DNA of 42,310 bases, from the NCBI GenBank assembly GCA_964600955.1, contig CAZRLV010000001.1, forward strand, positions 2,277-44,586. The letters run 5' to 3'. The translations under genes were made by a program, and so were the position numbers. A model generated the notes under the pieces. It searched no databases. It was not told the DNA's origin and worked only from the letters and a program-made list of their open reading frames with translations. Numbering within the stretch: the stretch's first letter is position 1; every line of letters begins with the position of its first letter. Positions 16,122-24,404 of this stretch are shown piece by piece. Source of the stretch: an uncultured bacterium. GTDB lineage: Bacteria; Muiribacteriota; UBA6191.

Positions 16122-18800
16122 ATGGAAGGTTTTAGAATAAATAGTAATATTGCGGCCCTGAGTACTAACTCACATCTGAGAAAAGCTCAGGGTGGATTAG
16201 GGCAGTCGATCGAGAGACTCTCCTCGGGACTTAAGATCAATAGGGCTGCTGATGACGCAGCAGGACTCACAGTTTCAGAGAAATTGCGAGGACAGATTAT
16301 TGGTTTAAACCGTGGGATTCAAAATGCCCAGGACGGAATTTCCCTGATTCAGACGGCAGAAGGTGCCCTCAATGAGGATCACGCCGTGTTGAACCGCATG
16401 AGAGAACTCTCAGTTCAGGCTCAGTCTGATGCTTTGACTTCAGGCGATCGTCTGGAGTTGCAAAAAGAAGTCGATCAAATGGTCGGCGAGATTGATCGCA
16501 TCTCTGACACCACTGAATTTAACACCAAGAAAATGCTAGACGGGAGTATGTCCGGTCTGGTGAGTACAGATCATAATGACCTCACTGCCTATCAGAACGG
16601 TGGTGCTGTGGCGGAAGGCGATTTTACGGTCGCGATTTCAAAAACGGCAAGTGGTACAAGGCAGGTTCAAAATTCTGCAATCCAAAGAGATGCAAATAGC
16701 GGGAATGTAGCGGGCCTTTCCACTACGCTCAGAGATCTTGAGAGCATGACTGATAGTGATGGAAACGGGAGTCTTGCTAGCGCACAGACTCTGACCTTAA
16801 GAGCTAACGGTTTTACGGCTGAAGTCACCATGACTTCCGATCAAACTCTCCAGGAGTTTACCTCCAAGGTTGAGACTGCTATTACCAAAACTGAGGATGA
16901 TGGGGGTCTGGGTCTTGAAGGTTCAACTTTTGCTTTTAATGCGAGCTCTGGACAGTTCATCTACGAGGCTGGAAAAGATGGCAGTCGGGGGGATCTTTCT
17001 TTTGGAGGAGATGAAGATATCCTACAGGCGATAGGTATGCAGGTTACGGTAGAGTCAGAAGATTCTGCGTTTAGTGTGACCTCCACGCAGGTGGGTGTAG
17101 CCTCTCCCCAGACGGTTACTGAAACGACGAGCAGTGGTCGTGCTTCAGGTGTCATTGGTGGCTTGGATCTTGAGTTTGAACTGGCCTCCGAGGCTCGCCA
17201 TGATGGAAGTGTTGCGGCCACGGACTCCATTACCATCGCTGCTACTGATGTAGTGTTTACTTTTCATGATACGAATGGTGCTGACATTGGGCAGACGGAT
17301 GGAAACATCAGTGCCGGGGTGACGATTACTCTGACACAGAGCCGCACCTATACCACAGCATCAATTTCTACCATGATTAACAACGCGGTAGCAGCATCGA
17401 ATGATCCTACCAGCGCACTGACACCAACAAGTGCCTCCACAACATCCTTTAAAGATCCAGGTATTACCGCCAGTTTCGATGGCTATAACCTCAAACTGAC
17501 CTCCTCTGACACCGGAACGTCGGCAGAGATTTCCATCGCTGGGAATCAGGCGGCGCAAGATATCATGGGAATTGTGGATGGAAAGACGACAGGTAGCGCG
17601 GGAGTTACCGCCGCTCTGGTCGGTTCAGTGGATATCTCTGGTGGGGTCACGATCAACGGAACCGGAACCTTGCGGTTGCGAGTCGGTGACGGGGATTTCA
17701 ATACCAACACGGGTAATACGGCAGGATCTCGTTCTCTCGGGGTTGCAGCTGGAGGAGACATTTCCTTTAACCGAGGAGTGGCTATTTCTTCAACTTCTGT
17801 TGTAGATACCTTCAACTCCTATTTCACGACCAACAACATGGATGCAGTAGCCAGCATGGCTGCCGATGGAAAACTGGAGATCCGCTCCATCGAGACAGGT
17901 ACTGATGCCAAGCTTTCTATCACTGGAAATGCTCCAGCCACGGATTCCATGGCTAATCTCGGATTTACTTCGGGTCAGACCGACCTTGGAGAAGATGGAA
18001 ATGCTGCGGTATTTACTTGAAATACTGCTGACTCGCAAGAGACCCAGGGTTTTACTCTGTCGGGACATTTGGATTTCAATGTCACCGATAGAAACGGTGC
18101 CACGACTACGACGATTTCCTTTGACGCATCCGGTGTCAGTACGAACGAGTCGTTTACCATTTCAAAAGAGACAGTGACCTCGGTCATTAACTCGAGTAAC
18201 CTGAGCACTACCGATGTTGAATTTAGTATCGATGCCGGTAATCGACTAGACTTCTCTTCGAAGTCTGCCGGTGAAGGTTCCAGGGTTGTGCTTTCTACCA
18301 ATAACAATGGTACGATGCAAACCCGTGCCAGCACCAGTTTTGGTCTGGATATGGAAAGCTCGGCACAGGGTGCCGGCAAGACTGATTTCAACGTCCATGT
18401 TACTGACAAGACATTGAATTTTGAGGTAGGCGCGAACCAGAAGCAATTCCAGAGCTTTCAGGTTCGAAATGCCAGTGCAGACTCTCTGGGTCTGCGAGGC
18501 GTTGATGTCACTAATATCTCGGCTGCCACTAAGGCTCTTGGAAAAATCGATGACGCTATTCAGGCGGTATCGAGCGAGAGAGCCAAACTGGGAGCCATGC
18601 AGAACCGCTTGAATTCAACAGTGAATAGCACCACTGTAACCCATACAAATGCCTCGGCTTTTGAATCGTCCATTCGAGACGTGGATCTTGCCAAGGAAAC
18701 GGTGGAATTCACTCGAAATCAGATCCTGACACAGGCAGGTACGGCTCAGTTATCCCAGACCAAGGCCCTAAATCAAGGAGGTCTACAACTCTTAGGATAG
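16122..18800 (+). pseudogene. fliC: Giant flagellin paralog 1: one 893-codon frame interrupted by a single in-frame TGA (18018..18020)
   Basis: Track ORFs 16122..18020 and 18069..18800 are in the same frame. 18021..18068 has no further stop. The N-terminal D0/D1 region (MEGFRINSNIAALS...LSSGLKINRAADDAAGL...ISLIQTAEGAL) is in the first ORF. The C-terminal D1/D0 region (KLGAMQNRLNSTV...IRDVDLAKETVEFTRNQILTQAGTAQLSQ) is in the second. It is collinear with the intact 879-aa paralog. Confidence 0.85.
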
Positions 18801-18838
18801 GCGAAATCCCAACCTTAATTTACCAATAATCTAATTCA

Positions 18839-18862
18839 GGCCCCTTCGGGGGCCTTTTTTTT
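18839..18862 (+). terminator. Intrinsic terminator of flagellin paralog 1
   Basis: GGCCCC (18839..18844), TTCG loop, GGGGCC (18849..18854), followed by T8 (18855..18862). It lies 39 nt after the TAG. Confidence 0.85.
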
Positions 18863-18972
18863 AGGTAGATAAAGCCGTAAATGGAAGGTAATCAAAAATA
18901 ATTCAAGTTAAACAAAGATAAACAAGGGGGATCAAGCTGGATGAGATCTGGAATTATTCCGAAGTATAGATA

Positions 18973-19035
18973 GAATTCTCCTGAAGGTTTCCAAGTTTTT
19001 GACTGTGGGCCAGTTTTAGACCGAAGAATCTTCCA
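18973..19035 (+). repeat. 63-bp element (left inverted repeat) containing motif copy 3
   Basis: gaattctcctgaaggtttccaagtttttgactgtgggccagttttagaccgaagaatcttcca. By hand alignment about 55 of 63 positions are identical to the reverse complement of 38055..38113. Confidence 0.8.
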
Positions 19036-19046
19036 AATTCACAAAA

Positions 19047-19080
19047 GACCTCTAAATTTCTCAAATTTAGGGGTCTTTTT
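19047..19080. terminator. Bidirectional hairpin terminator at the 3' end of the GT-B gene
   Basis: gacctctaaattt (19047..19059) pairs with aaatttaggggtc (19063..19075), one G-U pair and a 3-nt loop. TTTTT follows on the plus strand and TTTTGTGAATTT on the minus strand. Confidence 0.6.
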
Positions 19081-19089
19081 ATTTCTTCC

Positions 19090-20238
19090 TCAGGTGGCTT
19101 CCTGGAAAATCTTTTTTTCAAATCTGCGCGCAACGGCAGGATATGACATAAGGTCTTGAAAAAAACCATGGGACTCAAGGGCTAAATCGAGTCTTTTCTC
19201 TTTGGATGCGAGCAATAGATTTTCGAGAGCCTGGGAAAGAACAGAAGGGATTGCTTGGGTATTAATAATTGGGAAACGCGCCTTCAGCTCGGTACTGCCG
19301 CATTGCAGTTCCAAATCTCTCTCACTGATATTTTGAATCGAACTCAAGACTATGTTACCGAGAGATAATGCCTCGACGGAGCTAATTCCATATCCACCCA
19401 CTTCGGAGCTAAATTGGTCAATATGGATATGAGACTTCTTTTTTAGTTCGATTATGCGTGCATTAGGCACCGGAGGATTGACTTCTTCATAGCTCAGCTT
19501 GAGTGAGGTCTTGGGAGTGACTCTTTCAAACACTTCGCGAACCACGTTACGAATGATCTCCGTACCCTTGACTGAGTGAGAGGACGGGGTATGCGAAATT
19601 CGAATTTCATCCAAACTAAATTTTTGGTGAATCGATTCTTCTACCTTATCGGCGCTTAATGGGGCCTGGTAAGCACAGACGGGAACCAGATATTGCGGGG
19701 TGCCGGGGCAGAGGCGATATAGATCGACTCCCATCAAGACTTTGTCAAAATATCGCAGGTCCAGTTGGTCGAACTGGTGGTGAGCCACTCGGTAATCAAT
19801 TCCGCAATGGTGGATATATAGCTTGAGTTTAGGGTTGGCCAGTTTAAGCTCTAGCAAACAGAAGTTTAGAATTTTTCGAAGATATCCCAGGGTTTGGTAT
19901 CGCAATGGTTTTTTTTCCAACTGGATTTCTTCAGCAAGCACGATATGGCTAGAGCCTAAGAGCCATTCAATGGCTTTATCGCGCCCCTCCACATTAATGA
20001 GATACTCGCCTCCCCCCGCCTCTGGGGGAAAGGTTAAGTCAATATCATGGGATAAACCATAGGAAAAATGGTGAGGTCTGATACAGATACTTCGAGATTC
20101 CAGTCCTTCTGAGAACTGATCAATGGCACGGGACCAGTTTGTCATCGAATTCCCATAGTCAGTGAAAGCGATGAAACAGACTTTTTTCTTAGGAAATGTG
20201 GACACTTTGGTCTGCGATGTTTTAGGTTTGATTCCCAC
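19090..20238 (-). CDS. GT-B fold (GT1/GT4-like) glycosyltransferase
   Basis: 382 aa. The C-terminal half carries the pattern of retaining GT-B enzymes (ISHTPSSHSVKGTEII ... HIDQFSSEVGGYGISSVEALSLGNIVLSS). The track start is GTG without an obvious SD, so the start is uncertain. TGA stop. Confidence 0.55.
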   Translation of the reverse strand: MGIKPKTSQTKVSTFPKKKVCFIAFTDYGNSMTNWSRAIDQFSEGLESRSICIRPHHFSYGLSHDIDLTFPPEAGGGEYLINVEGRDKAIEWLLGSSHIVLAEEIQLEKKPLRYQTLGYLRKILNFCLLELKLANPKLKLYIHHCGIDYRVAHHQFDQLDLRYFDKVLMGVDLYRLCPGTPQYLVPVCAYQAPLSADKVEESIHQKFSLDEIRISHTPSSHSVKGTEIIRNVVREVFERVTPKTSLKLSYEEVNPPVPNARIIELKKKSHIHIDQFSSEVGGYGISSVEALSLGNIVLSSIQNISERDLELQCGSTELKARFPIINTQAIPSVLSQALENLLLASKEKRLDLALESHGFFQDLMSYPAVARRFEKKIFQEAT

Positions 20239-20312
20239 TGGAACCAGCTATTTTTTAGAGTTTTAAAGGTATGCTATCTTAGGCGGGAAGCGAAGTCAAA
20301 CCGGATTAGTTG

Positions 20313-20999
20313 ATGATGAAGCCAGCCATTAAGAAAACCGTCAAACGTGTATCCGAACTTTACGACGAGAATACCAAGACTCATGGGGTGGGTGCTCGCA
20401 GTGTGGGTTGGCATTCACAAAAAGATCATGCTCTAAGGTTTGAGAAACTCTGTGAAGTCATCAAATTTAACGAGGGTGGAACCATCACCGTTAATGATCT
20501 GGGCTGTGGCTATGGAGCCCTATGCACCTATCTTATGGACCAGACTGAGGTCAAGATTGAGAAATATTCAGGCTACGATGTTTCTAAAGCTATGCTGCAA
20601 CTTGCCAGAGAGGAATTAGACCTTGGGGTCTGTTCTTTGAATCTAAGTGACAGCATTCTTGAGGAGGCCGATTATTCTTTTGCAAGCGGAACTTTCAATG
20701 TTTGTTTTGATGCGGATCGATCTGCTTGGAGAGCGCATATAGAGGCATCCTTAAGGAATCTACACCATTACTCCAGGAAGGGAATGGCTTTTAATTTACT
20801 GTCCACCTACGTGGATTGGAAAGCCCCCGATCTTTATTATGGGGACCCCCTGTATTTTTTCGATTTTTGTAAGAGGAATTTATCAACTTCGGTGACTCTG
20901 ATTCATGACTATCCCCTGTACGAGTGGACAATATTGGTGGGATCAGCCTCCAATTTGAATGATGGTTCGCATGGGAGTGTAGCGGGAGGTTCGGACTGA
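20313..20999 (+). CDS. Class I SAM-dependent methyltransferase
   Basis: Motif I VNDLGCGYGAL. About 228 aa. The first ATG (20313) is taken rather than the track TTG at 20310. The 3' end overlaps the convergent gene by 57 nt. Confidence 0.7.
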   Translation: MMKPAIKKTVKRVSELYDENTKTHGVGARSVGWHSQKDHALRFEKLCEVIKFNEGGTITVNDLGCGYGALCTYLMDQTEVKIEKYSGYDVSKAMLQLAREELDLGVCSLNLSDSILEEADYSFASGTFNVCFDADRSAWRAHIEASLRNLHHYSRKGMAFNLLSTYVDWKAPDLYYGDPLYFFDFCKRNLSTSVTLIHDYPLYEWTILVGSASNLNDGSHGSVAGGSD

Positions 21000-21716
21000 G
21001 AAATTTTGTTCTCGGAAAACCTCTTTGAAAGCCAGCGCTTCTCCCGGAGATTCTGACCAGGTAAATTCGTCTAGCAGCAGCACACTTCCAGGAAGTAAAT
21101 GAGGCTTTATGGCTTCAAGGGCAGCTTTGGTGGGCTCATAGAGTCCCAGGTCAAAATATGCCAGTGCCACAACGGTTTCCGGGTGCGAACGGAAAAACTC
21201 GGGAACCGTGGATCGTACGTCACCCTGAATTAGCTCATGGTTCCCCTTCATATGTCCTAAAACATTACATTCTTCATGAACCTCAAGAAGTTTTTCGAGA
21301 GTTTTGAGGTAGCTCTCAGGTGTTAGATAATCGTTCTCAGTTAGAAAGCCATTTTGCTTGTCTTTTCCTGAAAAGCCTTTATATCCGTCAAATGAGTCAA
21401 AGCCAATGATTTTACGAGTTTTGTTAAATGGCTCATAAATGGCTCGAAGATTTTCAAAAAGAACCATGTTTTGGCCGTACCAGACCCCAAATTCCAAAAT
21501 GGCTCCCGGCTGATTTTTGATCAGTTCATAAAGTTCATTCAGAACCAAAATCTTAACTAACGCTGAACCCCGTGTAAACAAACCAAGGTTACAAAGTAAG
21601 TCGTCCGTGGGGATATTGTTATCTTTATATAATTTTTTGAGTTGTTCCCTGGCTTCTAATTGACCCTTACTTGAGTTGGACTCAAGTAAGTTGGATGGGT
21701 TGTCTTTTTGATGCAT
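20943..21716 (-). CDS. TylF/MycF-like (macrocin-type) O-methyltransferase
   Basis: Track ORF 20943..21818. I prefer the ATG at 21716 (MHQKDN...), preceded by GGGGAG at about 5 nt, giving 257 aa. Family pattern: ILEFGVWYGQNM, IIGFDSFDGY, ALAYFDLGLYEPT. Confidence 0.65.
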   Translation of the reverse strand: MHQKDNPSNLLESNSSKGQLEAREQLKKLYKDNNIPTDDLLCNLGLFTRGSALVKILVLNELYELIKNQPGAILEFGVWYGQNMVLFENLRAIYEPFNKTRKIIGFDSFDGYKGFSGKDKQNGFLTENDYLTPESYLKTLEKLLEVHEECNVLGHMKGNHELIQGDVRSTVPEFFRSHPETVVALAYFDLGLYEPTKAALEAIKPHLLPGSVLLLDEFTWSESPGEALAFKEVFREQNFSVRTSRYTPMRTIIQIGG

Positions 21717-22659
21717 ATGTCTCCCCGGGAGCGCGAGAGGCTTCAGATGAAACTGCCAATCCAAAGCCATATTTTCCGTGTTCGTTACCATTGTAGAATA
21801 AATACTGCGAGCCTTCATAGCGAATCACATGTGGATAACAACTCATTTTGCTGTCTGAACCATCTGGGGCCGGAGGTAACCCGAGTTTTTCATTTTGACG
21901 TTTAAAGACCAGCCCATCGTTTGACTCTGCATATCCAATACGATAGCCCTTACCCAGGGCGGGGGTTGCAAAGCAATACCACATTTGGAAAAAATCTTCT
22001 TCATTTAATACCGTGGGTTTCCCAAGGTTCGACTCTGTGGAGTCCTTGAAATCAAGAATGACCCTTCCCTCGCGTTGCCAGTGGATTCCATCCTTGGATA
22101 GAGCTAGCTTAATATTATAGCGGGAGTAGTAACATCCGTCGATGAGTTGCCAGGAAACCCCCGATACGTAATACATTCTAAACCCATCCCCATGGCGAAT
22201 TACGTGCGGAGCCGTTACCAGGCACGGGTCGAATGGGCTTCGTTCCAGGATTGGGCAATCATGCATACGCTGGAAGCTCATTCCACCATCTTGACTTAAA
22301 GCCAGTCCGATGGAGGCATAAAACAGGTGGGGGCTTTGGCCGCGTGTATATCCGATGTAATAAAGGTAGAGCTTATCATTCACCTCCAGGACGCAGGATG
22401 GATAAACCCCATGTTGGTCAAAATGTCCGGGTTTACCTGGAGTTAGAACGGGCTTGGAATCTACTTCCAGCACCCGCAAGGACTTTAAATCAAAATCCAG
22501 GCAGCCAACGCTGGCGACCTTGTTTTTGTCCCGAGTCGAAAAGAGAACTCTGGGGTGGGATTCACCTCCAGGAATTACCACAGGTGATTGGGCATGGGTC
22601 TGCATCCAGGAGTTCTGGCCTTGCACTGCAAAGACAAGTCCCAAATTTTTCCATTCCAT
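21682..22659 (-). CDS. Beta-propeller protein of the GH32/43/130-like superfamily (function unknown)
   Basis: 325 aa. Repeated blade-like strands with aromatic/Gly patterns (LYLYYIGY, FRMYYVSG, FQMWYCF, YLFYNGN). No signal peptide. The family assignment is from pattern memory and needs profile search. Confidence 0.45.
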   Translation of the reverse strand: MEWKNLGLVFAVQGQNSWMQTHAQSPVVIPGGESHPRVLFSTRDKNKVASVGCLDFDLKSLRVLEVDSKPVLTPGKPGHFDQHGVYPSCVLEVNDKLYLYYIGYTRGQSPHLFYASIGLALSQDGGMSFQRMHDCPILERSPFDPCLVTAPHVIRHGDGFRMYYVSGVSWQLIDGCYYSRYNIKLALSKDGIHWQREGRVILDFKDSTESNLGKPTVLNEEDFFQMWYCFATPALGKGYRIGYAESNDGLVFKRQNEKLGLPPAPDGSDSKMSCYPHVIRYEGSQYLFYNGNEHGKYGFGLAVSSEASRAPGETYASKRQPIQLT

Positions 22660-22673
22660 GATAGATGATTCGT

Positions 22674-23345
22674 TTACTCGAAATATTTAGCTGTTGTTTC
22701 TTTTCGTGGACAGGTTCTTTCGGAAATAAAGAGTTCTCTGGGACCTGCCGATTTCATGATTAATGAACCGGCCCCAATTAGGCATTCATCACCAATTTCA
22801 ATACTATCTCTCAAGGTCGCGTTGACTCCAATCATACATTTTTCACCGACCGTGCAATTTCCGGATATCACCACATGCGAAGTGATAAATGTATGATCTC
22901 CAATCTTGGAATGATGGCCGATGTGGTTACCGCTCCAGAGGACCACATTATTCCCGATTTGGGCGAAAGGTTGCAGGGTGTTGTTCTCAAAAATGAAGGT
23001 ATTATCTCCGATTTTGTTCGTAGACCACAGCCGTACCCCAGGGTAGATATAGGATACGAGTTCATAACCTTTGCTTTTGGCTTCTTCGTAAAACTTGGCT
23101 CGGACATGATTTAGACGTGCATAGCCGATGGCTACAAACATTTTCGTTGCGTGTGGCGGAAATCTGGATTCTACATTTTCAAAGGATACGACCTCAAGTC
23201 CTAGAAACTCGCGAGAATCCCTTTGTTCCAAATAGGCCTTGGATTCACAAAATCCAACGACTTCAAAATCACTGGCTTCGCTAAAATAAGCATATACAAC
23301 CTCGGCAAAGAGATTGGTGCCGACAAGAACAATTTTTTCAGTCAT
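22674..23345 (-). CDS. NeuD/PglD-family sugar N/O-acyltransferase (hexapeptide repeat)
   Basis: N-terminal Rossmann-like KIVLVGTNLFAEVVYAYF, followed by a left-handed beta-helix with hexapeptide repeats (IGNNVVLWSGNHIGHHSKIGDHTFITSHVVISGNCTVGEKCMIGVNATL). Confidence 0.75.
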   Translation of the reverse strand: MTEKIVLVGTNLFAEVVYAYFSEASDFEVVGFCESKAYLEQRDSREFLGLEVVSFENVESRFPPHATKMFVAIGYARLNHVRAKFYEEAKSKGYELVSYIYPGVRLWSTNKIGDNTFIFENNTLQPFAQIGNNVVLWSGNHIGHHSKIGDHTFITSHVVISGNCTVGEKCMIGVNATLRDSIEIGDECLIGAGSLIMKSAGPRELFISERTCPRKETTAKYFE

Positions 23346-23348
23346 GAT

Positions 23349-24404
23349 TTATCTCCCTGGCAACAAGCGATCAAACGGAACAGCAAAGAAGTTGGGGAAC
23401 TCTTGAAGGATTTCTGAGCGAGTGAACTCCAGGATTGAAGTCTCAAGGACTTGAGTGTAATAGATGTAGGGGTGATCCTGTGCTCCCCATCGCTTTTTAA
23501 AATCATAGACTCCGGTCTGGTCATCCCAGGTTCCACCCCAGTTCCAATATTTGAATCCTTTTGATATGGCATTCTTCATCGCTTCAATCAAAGCCAAACT
23601 TAAGGGTTGGCAATTTCGAAACTCGGGGTCCAGTGCGGGGGTAAAATATTCGACAGTCTGATTGAAATAAAAAAGCAGAACAGCGGCTACCATACGATTA
23701 TCGATCTCAGCCAGATAAAGAACATAGTCATCTTTGGCGTAGATTTCAGGGATGGTTCTAAAAAACTCCCAGGACTTTGGAATTCCTCCCAGGTCATTTA
23801 GATTGGCCCTATGCAATAGATAAAGTTTACGCAGGTCCTCAAGACTCTGAGATTTTCGGATGGTGACACCGCTCTTTTTTGCCTTGCGAATATTTCTGGA
23901 GCGGCATTTGCTAAAAGATGCGATCAATAGGCTGAGAGCTTCATCCGATGACTGGGGGAGGGGGGTAATCTGGCCTGTGCGGGCTGTTTGGAAGGTAATA
24001 GGGGTAAAGTCACCATAGTTTATGTTCATGGCACTAAATGGAGAGGAAACAAGGGTAGCGCTCAGGCATTTCTTTTCTCTGGCAAATGAAAAGAACCCGG
24101 CAATGAGTTTCTCACGTATTTCGGGGCTTCCATGGTGTTCGATACAGCCTCCGTGACTCCCGTAAAACGGGAGGGAATTCAGGACATTGCCATAGCGAGT
24201 ATTTTGTTTGAGAAATGTAGGCAGGACTCCCATGATTTTTTTATCTACGTAAACGCATAGGTAGTGGTCGGTTGCCTTGAGTACGCGCTTTAGATGCAGT
24301 CGATAAACATTGGAGGCATAAAGTTGGGTCCATGGAGAGCGCAGAAGGAAGTCGTTGTATTGGTCGAGGTCCTCCGGTTCCAGTTTTTTCAGTTCAAGAG
24401 TCAT
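23349..24404 (-). CDS. FemAB / Acetyltransf_6 (GNAT-fold) family protein
   Basis: Track ORF 23349..24539. The internal ATG at 24404 (MTLELKKLEPEDL...) limits the overlap with the upstream gene to 11 nt. Family-like region: YVLYLAEIDNRMVAAVLLFYFNQTVEYFTPALDPEFRNCQPLSLALIEAMKNAISKGFKYWNWGGT...YDFKKRWGA. Confidence 0.6.
   Translation of the reverse strand: MTLELKKLEPEDLDQYNDFLLRSPWTQLYASNVYRLHLKRVLKATDHYLCVYVDKKIMGVLPTFLKQNTRYGNVLNSLPFYGSHGGCIEHHGSPEIREKLIAGFFSFAREKKCLSATLVSSPFSAMNINYGDFTPITFQTARTGQITPLPQSSDEALSLLIASFSKCRSRNIRKAKKSGVTIRKSQSLEDLRKLYLLHRANLNDLGGIPKSWEFFRTIPEIYAKDDYVLYLAEIDNRMVAAVLLFYFNQTVEYFTPALDPEFRNCQPLSLALIEAMKNAISKGFKYWNWGGTWDDQTGVYDFKKRWGAQDHPYIYYTQVLETSILEFTRSEILQEFPNFFAVPFDRLLPGR

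Noticed and set aside
18018-18020. UGA reassigned to Gly (code 25) or Trp (code 4) as an explanation for the in-frame TGA at a conserved Gly position
   Set aside because: TGA clearly terminates well-conserved genes in this same window: pheS at 10195..10197, prs at 12650..12652, and the AsnB-like gene at 24394..24396. All long ORFs are open under the standard code without internal TGA, so global recoding does not fit.
16961-18409. Antisense and alternative-frame ORFs inside the flagellin genes. Examples: 16961..17236, 17546..17815 and 17975..18409; also 35756..36106, 36245..36448 and 40627..40932
   Set aside because: They lie opposite or out of frame to strongly supported flagellin coding sequence. 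Their products are low-complexity P/S/T/A-rich, as expected from the biased codon content of the S/T/G-rich insert.
18069-18800. Track ORF 18069..18800 as an independent 243-aa gene
   Set aside because: It is in frame with 16122..18020 and has only a TTG start with no SD. It encodes just the C-terminal part of a flagellin, with no N-terminal export segment. It is the 3' portion of the interrupted flagellin.
18996-19035. TTGACT of the motif as a sigma-70 -35 box driving a small RNA
   Set aside because: The best -10-like hexamers (CAGAAT / AAGAAT) lie at 16 nt in the 38055..38113 copy but at 19 nt in the 18973..19035 copy. They are absent from the other two copies, so the spacing is not conserved.
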